DNA from: Candidatus Aenigmatarchaeota archaeon
GTDB lineage: Archaea > Aenigmatarchaeota > Aenigmatarchaeia > CG10238-14 > SCSR01
Length of the DNA: 64,000 nt
Reading direction: 5' to 3'
Assembly: GCA_039090665.1 (NCBI GenBank)
Contig: JAWCSL010000002.1
Location: 36,809 to 100,808 of the forward strand
Position 1 is the first letter of the stretch. Every line of letters starts with the position of its first letter. This document shows positions 29,146 through 38,182 of the stretch, one piece after another. The translations under genes were made by a program, and so were the position numbers. The notes beneath the pieces were generated by a model. The model saw nothing but the letters and a program-made list of their open reading frames with translations. It was not told the DNA's origin and did not search any database.

Positions 29146-30861
29146 TTAAAAACTTATCATCTCCCTTTCATCTTCACTTAATCTTTCCCATACTTCTTTC
29201 AAAATCTTCATATCATCTTCACTTATGACAGAAACCAAAACATCACCTTCATTTATATGCCTTCCAATTGTTGGTTCTTCCATGCTGACTGCAACCTTAT
29301 CACCTTTCTTAGCCTCTTGTATACTCTGTCCTTCTCTTTGAATCTCCTTTATTTTACCGACAATCTTACCATCTTTCCTTTTCATCAAAGTTCCGGGTTT
29401 TAACAGACCTTTTTTGACTTCAATACCAAAAATAGCAGGATTACAGCTTCTGAAAACACATCCTTCCAATATTACAACTTCACATGGTCTTGTAACTTTA
29501 CTGAGCTTCTCTTCAATTTCTCTTTCTTTAGCCTTCAAAACCCATTGCTTGTAATCTTCTATTAACCTGTAGATGATATTGTTTTGAAAAATTTCTATTT
29601 TTAAGTCTCTGGCCAAATTCTTTGCTTCTTCCAGAGCTTCAACATTAAACGCTAATATTACTCTTCTCAATTTTTCTCCAACATTTTCAGCTTCTATTAC
29701 ATCTTGTTTTGTAACTCGACCAACTTCAGCTTTTCTTATGGGAATTCCTTCTTCACTTAAAAGCTTTATCATGGCTTCTAAACTGCCTAAAGTATCAGCT
29801 TTTATTACCACACCGTCTACCTGCTTTACAAATTGAACTTCTTCAACTTCAGTTTGTACGCTTCTTTTTGCTTCTTCAATATCTTTTTCATCTTTCACCA
29901 CAATTATCGGAGAGCCAGCTATCACATTTTCCAGATTGGGTGCAGCAATTTTAATTCCGGCAGCAGCGCTAACTTCTTCCACGCTTTCAAATTGTTTCTC
30001 AACCCTAAGTTCTTGTAAGGGTCGAGGTCTGAGTAAAGCTCTTATTTTTGTGACTATTGGTTCTTTTCCACCAATTACAAGGTAGTCCCCTCTTGCAATT
30101 TTTCCGTCATAAAGTATAACATCGATAGTAGTTCCAAAACCAACTGTCTCTTTAACCTCTAGAACTGTACCTTTAGCAATCTCAGATAACTTTAATCTTT
30201 CTTTTAAAAATTGTTGTGAAAGGCCAGTTAAAATAACCAAGAGCTCAGGTATTCCTTCTCCAGTTATACCTGAGCAAGGGACTATTGCAACTTGCTTTCT
30301 AAAATCTTCTACCCTATCAAATCTTTCAGAGTTGAAACCCCTTTCAGCTAATTGCGAAACAAGCCTATAAACATTTTTTTCCAATTCTTCTTTTACATAA
30401 TCTGCTTGCATTTTAAAACTCTCAGAAAAACAAGAATTTGGATAAGGACGCCAGCCTTGAATTTTATCAATTTTCGTGGCAGCAACAACAAAAGGAGTTT
30501 TGAATTCTTTTAAGATGGTCAAACTTTCATCTGTTTGCTCTTGAAATCCTTCTGTAATGTCAATAACTAAAATAGCAAGATCAGAAACAGCCCCTCCTCT
30601 TTTCCTTAAAGTTATGAACGCAGCATGACCAGGTGTATCGAGTAAAAGCAAGCCTGGAATTTGAACATCTATCCTTAAATTTTGAATTAAAGTACCACAT
30701 ATTTTTTTGATTGTTTCTATTGGTATGTAGCTTGCACCAACATGTTGACTTATCATTCCTGGCTCAAGTTTAGTAACAGCAGTACCTCTAATTTTGTCTA
30801 ACAAAGTTGTTTTACCATGGTCTATATGACCAACTGTTACTATTATAGGTGATCTTATCAT
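29146..30861 (-). CDS. infB: Translation initiation factor aIF5B (IF-2)
   Basis: RSPIIVTVGHIDHGKTT, DTPGH, TKID and KADTLGSLEA motifs; AAGGTGA SD before the ATG at 30861. Confidence 0.96.
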   Translation of the reverse strand: MIRSPIIVTVGHIDHGKTTLLDKIRGTAVTKLEPGMISQHVGASYIPIETIKKICGTLIQNLRIDVQIPGLLLLDTPGHAAFITLRKRGGAVSDLAILVIDITEGFQEQTDESLTILKEFKTPFVVAATKIDKIQGWRPYPNSCFSESFKMQADYVKEELEKNVYRLVSQLAERGFNSERFDRVEDFRKQVAIVPCSGITGEGIPELLVILTGLSQQFLKERLKLSEIAKGTVLEVKETVGFGTTIDVILYDGKIARGDYLVIGGKEPIVTKIRALLRPRPLQELRVEKQFESVEEVSAAAGIKIAAPNLENVIAGSPIIVVKDEKDIEEAKRSVQTEVEEVQFVKQVDGVVIKADTLGSLEAMIKLLSEEGIPIRKAEVGRVTKQDVIEAENVGEKLRRVILAFNVEALEEAKNLARDLKIEIFQNNIIYRLIEDYKQWVLKAKEREIEEKLSKVTRPCEVVILEGCVFRSCNPAIFGIEVKKGLLKPGTLMKRKDGKIVGKIKEIQREGQSIQEAKKGDKVAVSMEEPTIGRHINEGDVLVSVISEDDMKILKEVWERLSEDEREMISF

Positions 30862-30908
30862 CTTCACCTTAATCAATTTTTAAATACATTTAAATAATTA
30901 GGATAAGT

Positions 30909-31340
30909 ATGGTTTTAACCATTAGCGATTTAATGCCAATAAGTTTGTGTATAGCAACTCAAGAGCTTCTAGATGTAAAGCGCTTCAGGAACAATTTCTG
31001 TGATTTTGTTCTCTTCAAGTACAAGAACTTTAATTTTATTAACAAAATAATTGAAACAAAAAGACAACTCAACTCCTCTTCTCTTGAAAAAAATTTTTTC
31101 GAAGGACACAAGACAGCTATTGTGAGTAATATTGATAAAATAATCTCACTTGTGATTTCAAGATATATGAACTTAGATGCAAGAGTTGTAGAGAAAATCG
31201 TGGAAAGTGCAAAAGAGATTATGGAAAAAGTTGTAACTGCTGAGAATTTTAATCAACTAGCCTCGCTAGAACCAGAGTTCAGAAGCAAAGTAACTTTAAA
31301 AGTATACGAGCTCTTCACGACTTCTTCAAGACCGAGGTAA
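30909..31340 (+). CDS. Hypothetical protein
   Basis: 143-aa ORF divergent from infB. Confidence 0.65.
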   Translation: MVLTISDLMPISLCIATQELLDVKRFRNNFCDFVLFKYKNFNFINKIIETKRQLNSSSLEKNFFEGHKTAIVSNIDKIISLVISRYMNLDARVVEKIVESAKEIMEKVVTAENFNQLASLEPEFRSKVTLKVYELFTTSSRPR

Positions 31341-31345
31341 ATAGC

Positions 31346-31516
31346 ATGATTGGAGATTTAGAAGGAGAAATAGAAAGACTTAAGGCTAAGAGATCAGAGA
31401 TAAGTAGCAAGATAGCTTCAACTAGAAATTTTGAAAAGAAAGAAAAGTTGAAAGAAGAGCTTGCAAGGATTGAATCACAAATAAAGATCTTGGAAAATAT
31501 GAAAAGAAAACTATAA
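31346..31516 (+). CDS. Small coiled-coil protein (56 aa, absent from ORF track)
   Basis: MIGDLEGEIERLKAKRSEISSKIASTRNFEKKEKLKEELARIESQIKILENMKRKL*; GAGGT SD upstream; fills the gap exactly. Confidence 0.7.
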   Translation: MIGDLEGEIERLKAKRSEISSKIASTRNFEKKEKLKEELARIESQIKILENMKRKL

Positions 31517-31517
31517 A

Positions 31518-34400
31518 TTACTTACCTTTCTTTTTTTCTAACTCTTCCCACTTTTTCTTTACTTCATCCCAAACCTTTTTGATTTCATCATCTTCTTTTT
31601 TGTTTTGAATTATTGGTTTTTCTTCTTCAACTGGCCAGAACAAGAAAACTAGAATTCCTCCCACAATTCCCCCAACGATTACCCAAATTATCCAGATTGG
31701 AAAGCCTTTCTTCCAATTACCAGCTATGGCAAAAAGAGAAAGACCAGGAGATATTGCTCTGAATTGATAATATTCCGAAGTTTCATTAATTTTTATTGTC
31801 TGAAGTTTTCTCCAAGTGTTGTTCGAAAGCCTGTAAAGAGCTATTGTGTTAACATCAATATTATTTTCACTTATCCAAGACTTTTCGACTTGAAAGTCTA
31901 TGCTTACGCTTGTTACATCACTCTCGTTCATGTTTGTTGTCACAATTTCTAGATATTTGAGGATAAGACCCTCTTCTGTTCTCACAGCTGCAGGAATGTT
32001 TTCTGGTTTTACCCCTTCTTTTACAATCAATGTAGCATTGCTTACATTCTTGCTAACAAAGATTGTTATTTTCACAATTTTTAGTATATTGGCATTAGGA
32101 ATTTCAACTACAGCAGGAGATTCTGGAGTGATCGATTGAATTTGAAAGCTTGCGTTTATTGGCATGATTAGTGGTGGAAGTGTAGTTGTTGTGGTTGTAG
32201 TGGTTATTGTAGTTGTGGTGGAAGTAGTTGTAGTAGTTATATTTGGTACTGGTGGAAGTGTAGTTGTTGTGGTTTCTGGAGTAGTAATTGTTGTGTCAAA
32301 AGATATGTTCCTGAACCAAGTACCAGAAGTTTTATTTATCCATGATGTGCAGCTCCCTTCAGCATCACCAGCAACTACTCTCCAAGCGATATAGCAACCA
32401 GTATAATTGTAAGCTGAAATGTTGAAGAATACTTCTTCTCCAGGGTTTGGATATTTCAAGCAATTACTTGAGTAGAAATAAACAGCAGACAAACAAGAAC
32501 CTTTGTTTAATTTAATCGAACTGTTTACAGCATCAATAGGACCAAAATTTTTTATGGTGACATTCACATAGCCGGTTGAATTTTTATTCAGACTTGAAGG
32601 ATAGCTTACCAAGCTCATGCTAAGTCCGGTATCATTGATTGTGAGCAACTTATTTATTGAATAATCTAGACTTTCTCCCTGATAAATATCTGAATCGAGT
32701 CTGATGTGAACATAATACTTTCCGCCAGGAGTTTTTTGCGGGACTGTTATATTTATTTTTCGATGGGTTTCATTCGAAACATTTGTAAAAGTCAGGGTTC
32801 CAGTAGAATAGGAAGCATTTGGCTCATATAGCCACACGCTCATGTTTTGAGTGAAATTGAATGGAAAATCTAAAGGAATAGAAACACCATCAACATAAGA
32901 TATATCAAAAACAACACTCACATAGCCTTGCTGAGAGCTAACATTAACACTTTCATTTTCCAATTCCACTATTGTTATGTTAAGGAAATTGGTTAAATTG
33001 AGTTTGATTGGGACTTTAAGTTGACCACCATTCTCACCCAGATAAATCAAATTTCCTTCATATCTTCCACTAATGGCATCTGCAGGTATGGTTAAATTAA
33101 TTTCTATAGTTTTTGTTGAATTTTCACTTCCCACAACATCGAAAGTTTTGTTTTCGTAGCTTGAAAAGTTTGTGATGATCCATTTGCTTGAGTTGACGAA
33201 AGCTTGTATAAGAAGCCTATATTCTGAAAAATTGACAGTTGTGTTTTTCACTTCAACTCTCCACCACCCAGCTTTTCCTGCATTATCAACTTCTACAAAC
33301 TCTTCTTTTTCCAAGTTGCTCATGTTGGCGTTAAAATATTTACCAGAAGAGCTATTTACAAATTCTCCAGAAGGATTAAACAGTGAAATGTTATAAGCCC
33401 CGATACCAGACCAAATCAATCTGACTTTTATCCTTTCAAAAACAGAAGAATTTGGCAAAAAGAAAGTGAAATTTTTTGAACCACTGTCTATGAACTCTTT
33501 CAAATAATAAAGCTCAGATTCTTCACTCACACTCTGAATTGAAACATTGCCTTTGTTTGTTAAGTTGAAAATTTTTGTGATATTGGTTATATTCTGTAAA
33601 CCGAAATCAATTTCTTCTGGGCTTGAGCTCAAAGCAAAAAGAATAACACTTCCATTATAAGAAATTTCAGAGCTATGATTACCGTAAATTCTTATCTCAT
33701 AAGTTGAATTAGGGTTGATGAAACTATAGCTAAGTCTTTCTTCTTTTCCATCTTTATTTATTGATTTTGCTTTCAGTTCATTATTAGCTAGTAAGAATAG
33801 GTCTACATCTCCAGCATCAAAACTGATGTTCACAGTTATGCTTGTAGCATTTGGCAGGGTAGAGCAATTGAAATAGAAAGAATGGTATTCTACTGCATTT
33901 ACAGGAAGAGTACCGTTGAACTTTCCAATTCCTGTAGAGCTATTTATCTCTATAGGCAAATCAACTATTACTTTAATGCTAACATTTTCGCTTGAGTTTG
34001 TGATATTCTCAACAAAGAAATTTCCTTTGTATTTTCCAGGCATTCTATCTTGAATAGAAGCAATTATCGTGAAGTTTGAAAAGTTTGATTCTGAAGTGTT
34101 AATTGTGGTGATATTGCTTAAGTTGCCGGTATGATTCATTAAAATTAATTCAATTCCCTCTCCTTGGGAATAGTTTGCGACAACAGTGGTACTGTTATTG
34201 AAAATTAAGATGATGTTAAAAGTGGAATTGATAGTTAAATTTGTTTTATAGCTATTAGTCCAGTTCAAGTAAATCGTTTCTGGTTGCAGACTGAATTCTC
34301 CACTGGTGCTAGAGACTAAAGCTTTAACAAAAGAGAAAATTGCAAGAGAAAAAATAGTCAAGAGAAGTAAAGTGAAGGACCAATTTTTCATGTTTCTCAT
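31518..34400 (-). CDS. Surface glycoprotein with PPC-like and PGF-pre-PGF domains
   Basis: Signal peptide, dense N-x-S/T sequons, GDVDLFL (PPC-like), Thr-rich linker, FQVEKSWI...SPGLSLFAI, then a C-terminal TM helix and charged tail. Confidence 0.8.
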   Translation of the reverse strand: MRNMKNWSFTLLLLTIFSLAIFSFVKALVSSTSGEFSLQPETIYLNWTNSYKTNLTINSTFNIILIFNNSTTVVANYSQGEGIELILMNHTGNLSNITTINTSESNFSNFTIIASIQDRMPGKYKGNFFVENITNSSENVSIKVIVDLPIEINSSTGIGKFNGTLPVNAVEYHSFYFNCSTLPNATSITVNISFDAGDVDLFLLANNELKAKSINKDGKEERLSYSFINPNSTYEIRIYGNHSSEISYNGSVILFALSSSPEEIDFGLQNITNITKIFNLTNKGNVSIQSVSEESELYYLKEFIDSGSKNFTFFLPNSSVFERIKVRLIWSGIGAYNISLFNPSGEFVNSSSGKYFNANMSNLEKEEFVEVDNAGKAGWWRVEVKNTTVNFSEYRLLIQAFVNSSKWIITNFSSYENKTFDVVGSENSTKTIEINLTIPADAISGRYEGNLIYLGENGGQLKVPIKLNLTNFLNITIVELENESVNVSSQQGYVSVVFDISYVDGVSIPLDFPFNFTQNMSVWLYEPNASYSTGTLTFTNVSNETHRKINITVPQKTPGGKYYVHIRLDSDIYQGESLDYSINKLLTINDTGLSMSLVSYPSSLNKNSTGYVNVTIKNFGPIDAVNSSIKLNKGSCLSAVYFYSSNCLKYPNPGEEVFFNISAYNYTGCYIAWRVVAGDAEGSCTSWINKTSGTWFRNISFDTTITTPETTTTTLPPVPNITTTTTSTTTTITTTTTTTTLPPLIMPINASFQIQSITPESPAVVEIPNANILKIVKITIFVSKNVSNATLIVKEGVKPENIPAAVRTEEGLILKYLEIVTTNMNESDVTSVSIDFQVEKSWISENNIDVNTIALYRLSNNTWRKLQTIKINETSEYYQFRAISPGLSLFAIAGNWKKGFPIWIIWVIVGGIVGGILVFLFWPVEEEKPIIQNKKEDDEIKKVWDEVKKKWEELEKKKGK

Positions 34401-34474
34401 TAAAATAATTTCTATTTCTTAGATAAAAAATCTAACCAAAAAAGATTTATTCAAGCTCTTTCTTTTTTAAATTG

Positions 34475-35071
34475 ATGAGATTAGCTTGGTTATTTGTTTT
34501 GGTAGCAATAATTTTAATTGCTGGGTGTGTGGAGAAAGAGAGCATGCCAAATTTAGAAGGGAAAAAAGTTTTGATGATAGTAGCGCCTAACAATTTCAGG
34601 GATGAAGAATTGCTTAAGCCAAAAGAGATTTTGGAAAAAGCTAAAGCAGAAGTTAAAATAGCTTCAAAAAGCGTTGCCACAGCAAGAGGAATGCTTGGTG
34701 CAAGCGTAAGCGTTGATCTTGATTTGAGTGAAGTTGAGGTCAAGAGCTATGATGCAGTGATTTTTGTTGGTGGGACAGGGGCTCAAGTTTACTTTGATGA
34801 TCCAACAGCTTTGAAAATAGCAAAAGAAGCTTATGAACAAAGAAAAATTGTTGGGGCGATTTGCATAGCTCCTTCCATTCTAGCTAATGCGGGAATTCTT
34901 GAAGGTAAGAGAGCTACAGCTTGGCCAAGCGAAGTGAGCAATTTAGAAGCTAGAGGAGCTAAATATACAGGAGAACTTGTTACTGTAGATGGAAATATAA
35001 TAACGGCTAAAGGGCCAGAAGCTGCAAGTCAATTTGGTAGAGCTATAGCTGAAGCTTTGAAATTAAATTAA
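34475..35071 (+). CDS. DJ-1/PfpI family protein with lipoprotein-type signal
   Basis: FRDEE, YDAVIFVGG and GAICIAP motifs; N-terminal ILIAGC lipobox. Confidence 0.88.
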   Translation: MRLAWLFVLVAIILIAGCVEKESMPNLEGKKVLMIVAPNNFRDEELLKPKEILEKAKAEVKIASKSVATARGMLGASVSVDLDLSEVEVKSYDAVIFVGGTGAQVYFDDPTALKIAKEAYEQRKIVGAICIAPSILANAGILEGKRATAWPSEVSNLEARGAKYTGELVTVDGNIITAKGPEAASQFGRAIAEALKLN

Positions 35072-35087
35072 GGGAGATATTTTAACT

Positions 35088-35309
35088 ATGAGAAAGAAAC
35101 CTGAAGAATTTAAGAAATTAACAAATGAAAAAAGAGAAAAACTCAGACAATATATTCTGGCTACTATGGCATGGATTATGGCATGGATAATCGCAGTTTG
35201 GCAAGTTTTACTTTCTAAAATAAATGCTGATACAAATATATTAATACTGACATTGGTTTTAACCACAATAATCTTCTTTTCTTTGATTTTTTTCTATTGG
35301 AAAGCTTGA
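35088..35309 (+). CDS. Small two-TM membrane protein
   Basis: 73 aa with two hydrophobic helices; GGAG SD-like element upstream. Confidence 0.5.
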   Translation: MRKKPEEFKKLTNEKREKLRQYILATMAWIMAWIIAVWQVLLSKINADTNILILTLVLTTIIFFSLIFFYWKA

Positions 35310-35314
35310 AACTG

Positions 35315-35389
35315 TGCCCCCGAGGGGATTTGAACCCCCAACCAACGGCTTAGGAAGCCGCTGCTCTATCCAAGTTGAGCTACGAGGGC
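35315..35389 (-). tRNA. tRNA-Arg (anticodon CCT), intronless, CCA not encoded
   Basis: Reverse complement folds as GCCCTCG-TA-GCTC AACTTGGATA GAGC-A-GCGGC TT CCT AA GCCGT-TGGTT-GGGGG TTCAAAT CCCCT-CGGGGGC-A. Confidence 0.96.
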
Positions 35390-35423
35390 CTCTAAATTTA
35401 TAAGAGCCATATTAATTTATATT

Positions 35424-36530
35424 ATGCTTTCTGAAAAAGAAATGCAAAAAATTGCTAGAAATGTGATAAGAACAAACTTGGCAGTTAAAGAAAAAGATGT
35501 TACTTTGATTTCTTGTGGCCCCAAATCTTTGAAATTTGCTGAAGCTTTGGCTTTTGAAGCAGCAAAAATTGGAGCCCAACCAACAATAACTTATGGAAGC
35601 GATGAGCTAAGCTTAAAAATTTACAAAACCATTAAAGTAAAGTTTTTAAAACAATGGCCAAAGCTTGCTGATGTTCTTTCCAAGCTTGTTGATGTTAAAA
35701 TTGTCATAGACGATACAAATCCTTTTGTTGCAAGAGAACTTCCTCAATGGAAAGTTGAGATAAGGAGAAAAACTGTTAAGCCGATAAGGGAAAGAGAAGA
35801 AGAGAGACAGAGAAAAAAAGAAATGAAAGCTGCTTTAATCGGCTTCCCAACAGAAGAAGAAGCAAAAGCTTTAGGTATACCTTTTCAAAAACTAGACAAG
35901 ATATTCTGGAAGGCTATGAAAGTTGATTATGAGAAGCTTTACCAATACAACCAAAAGCTCATTCAAAAGTTGAAAAATTCAGATAAAGTTAGAATAATAG
36001 GCGAGAGAACTGACTTGAAATTTTCAGTTAAAGGAAGAAAGTTCATCAATGCTTGTGGCCTCGTGACAAAAAAAGGTGAGATTGGCTATTTGAATTTGCC
36101 TGATGGCGAAGTTTTCTGTCCTCCGGTTGAGGATTCGGTTGAAGGAGAAATTTATTTTGATTTGCCTTGCATGTGGCATTATGGAAAACAAGTTGAAGGA
36201 GTTTGGTTCAAGTTTGAAAAAGGAAGGCTTGTAGATTACAAGATAGAAAAAGGAAGAGAGAATTTTGAAGATGTTTTTAAGCACGCTTCTGGTGATAAAG
36301 ATAGAATAGGGGAATTTGCTATTGGCACAAATCCAAAAGCAAAACCAACAGGAGGAATGATAATTGTAGATGAAAAAGTTAGAGGAACAATTCATTTTGC
36401 TTTGGGACACAACAAACACTTCGGTGGAAAAAACAATTCAACTCTCCATTGGGATTTCTTCAAAGACATGAAGCAAGGAGAAATTTATGTCGATGGTGAG
36501 CTTTTGATGAAAAATGGAAAGATAGTGTAG
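35424..36530 (+). CDS. Aminopeptidase, M29 (AmpS/AmpT) family
   Basis: NLPDGEVF, IGEFAIG, DEKVRGTIHFALG and STLHWD motifs. Confidence 0.9.
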   Translation: MLSEKEMQKIARNVIRTNLAVKEKDVTLISCGPKSLKFAEALAFEAAKIGAQPTITYGSDELSLKIYKTIKVKFLKQWPKLADVLSKLVDVKIVIDDTNPFVARELPQWKVEIRRKTVKPIREREEERQRKKEMKAALIGFPTEEEAKALGIPFQKLDKIFWKAMKVDYEKLYQYNQKLIQKLKNSDKVRIIGERTDLKFSVKGRKFINACGLVTKKGEIGYLNLPDGEVFCPPVEDSVEGEIYFDLPCMWHYGKQVEGVWFKFEKGRLVDYKIEKGRENFEDVFKHASGDKDRIGEFAIGTNPKAKPTGGMIIVDEKVRGTIHFALGHNKHFGGKNNSTLHWDFFKDMKQGEIYVDGELLMKNGKIV

Positions 36531-36533
36531 CTC

Positions 36534-37268
36534 ATGGGGATGATTAAAACTAAAAAAGAAATCAAACTTTTAAAAAAATCTGCTGAAATTACAAATTCTT
36601 GTATTCAACTGATTGAAAGCTTGTTAAAAAAAGAAAAAATTACAGAGAAAGAAATAGCTTCAGCTATCAGAAGAAAAATTTATTCTGAAGGAGCAAAACT
36701 TGCTTTTAGGACAATTGTTGCTTGTGGAAAAAGAGCTGCAAGAATCCATGCAAAGCCAAGAGCAACCAACAAAATAATCTCTGGGTTGGGATATGTAGAT
36801 TTTGGAACTTCTTATAAGGGCTACAAAACAGATGTCACTGTACCATTCATAAAGGGAAAAATAAGTAAGAAAGAAGAAAAAATAGTCGAGGCAGTTATTC
36901 AAGCTTATAGCTTAGCTTTTAAATCTTTGAAAGTTGGTCTTCCTTGTTTTCAACTTTTTCAAAAAGTTGATAATTTTTTGAGAAAACAGGGCTTTAGAAT
37001 GCAACATTCTCTTGGCCACGGTGTTGGCTTAAAAATTCATGAATTGCCTACCATTGGAATACCGAAAGAAAAATTGGAAAAACTGAATAAAAAGAAGAAA
37101 AAGAAATTGGAGAAATTGAAGAAAATAAGATTTCAAGAAGGTATGGTCTTCACAATCGAGCCAGCAGTGTATGTTAAAGGTTTAGGTGGTTGTAGATTTG
37201 AGAATACAATTCTCTTAACAAAAAACGGACCAATAAGTTTAACACTCTCCAAGCTGATAAGGGTTTGA
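36534..37268 (+). CDS. M24 family peptidase (Xaa-Pro peptidase catalytic domain only)
   Basis: IKTKKEI, DFG...YKTDVT, HSLGHGVGLKIHELP, TIEPAVY and GCRFEN motifs. Confidence 0.88.
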   Translation: MGMIKTKKEIKLLKKSAEITNSCIQLIESLLKKEKITEKEIASAIRRKIYSEGAKLAFRTIVACGKRAARIHAKPRATNKIISGLGYVDFGTSYKGYKTDVTVPFIKGKISKKEEKIVEAVIQAYSLAFKSLKVGLPCFQLFQKVDNFLRKQGFRMQHSLGHGVGLKIHELPTIGIPKEKLEKLNKKKKKKLEKLKKIRFQEGMVFTIEPAVYVKGLGGCRFENTILLTKNGPISLTLSKLIRV

Positions 37269-38108
37269 ACTTTTCATGTAATTCTCTATTATCTTTAAAA
37301 CCTCTTTTCCTTTTTTTGCTTCTCTTATTTGAGCAGTGCTGTGTGGAGTAGCTATAACTCTTGTATGTTTTGCTAAACTATTGCTAATTTCATTTCCAAA
37401 ATGAGGTTGGGAAGTAAACATCTAAGTATGCACTTTTTACTTTTCCATCTTCAAGAGATTTTAGAAAAAGCTTCTTCATCAATAATTCCACTCTAGACGT
37501 GTTGATTATATAAACACCATTTTTCATTATTTCAAATTCTTCATAACTTATCATGCCTTTTGTCTCTTCTGTTAAAGGCACGTGAATTGTGATGAGATCC
37601 GAATTTTCTAAAAGTTTTTTAAGTGAAGCAAATTCAACCCCTCTATATTTTCTTTCATACTCCTTATTCTTCCGTATCCTATCACTTCCAAAATTTTATC
37701 AGAAATTCTGTATCCAACCAAATCTTTCTTTTTCCACCCTCTTTTTTCATTAATCTATCAGCTTCAACCAATTTGTGGCAAAAACAAGAACATATGTCAT
37801 AACACCTTGAGCAACATCATAAGATTGTAATGGTGTATTGTAGAGCTTTATACCCTTTTCTTTCAAGTATTCTTTATCTATATGATTAGTACCGTGAGTG
37901 GTGATTCTCATAAGCTTCTATTTTGGCATTTTATTTATGAGTTCTTTGTTTACATTTATATTGCTGCTGATTATAACAACATCAACATCCTATATCCTTT
38001 CATTTGTTTTTCCACTTTTTCATTTTTATAACTTTTGTAATTTCTTCAAGTTTTCTAAAAATCTTCAGTAAAAATGTCAGCAACAAGAACCTTTAAATTT
38101 TTCCTCAT
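37240..38108 (-). pseudogene. Degraded D-2-hydroxyacid (SerA-like) dehydrogenase
   Basis: Fragments in several frames with stops: MRKNLKVLVAD, HGTNHIDKEYLKEKGIKLYNTP, SDLITIHVPLTEETKGMI...IINTSR, AYLDVY and VIATPH. Confidence 0.85.
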
Positions 38109-38182
38109 TTTATCCCAAACAATAATAAAGATAAATTAAACTTGAATAATTTTACTTCCTCATTTAAACATTCATCAGAATT

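Noticed and set aside
32165..32295. GTA/GTT/GTG-rich repeats as a CRISPR array
   Set aside because: They encode the poly-Thr linker; there is no repeat-spacer periodicity and no cas genes.
35088..35389. tRNA-Arg as an integration site for a mobile element
   Set aside because: No integrase and no duplicated tRNA 3' end found in the window.
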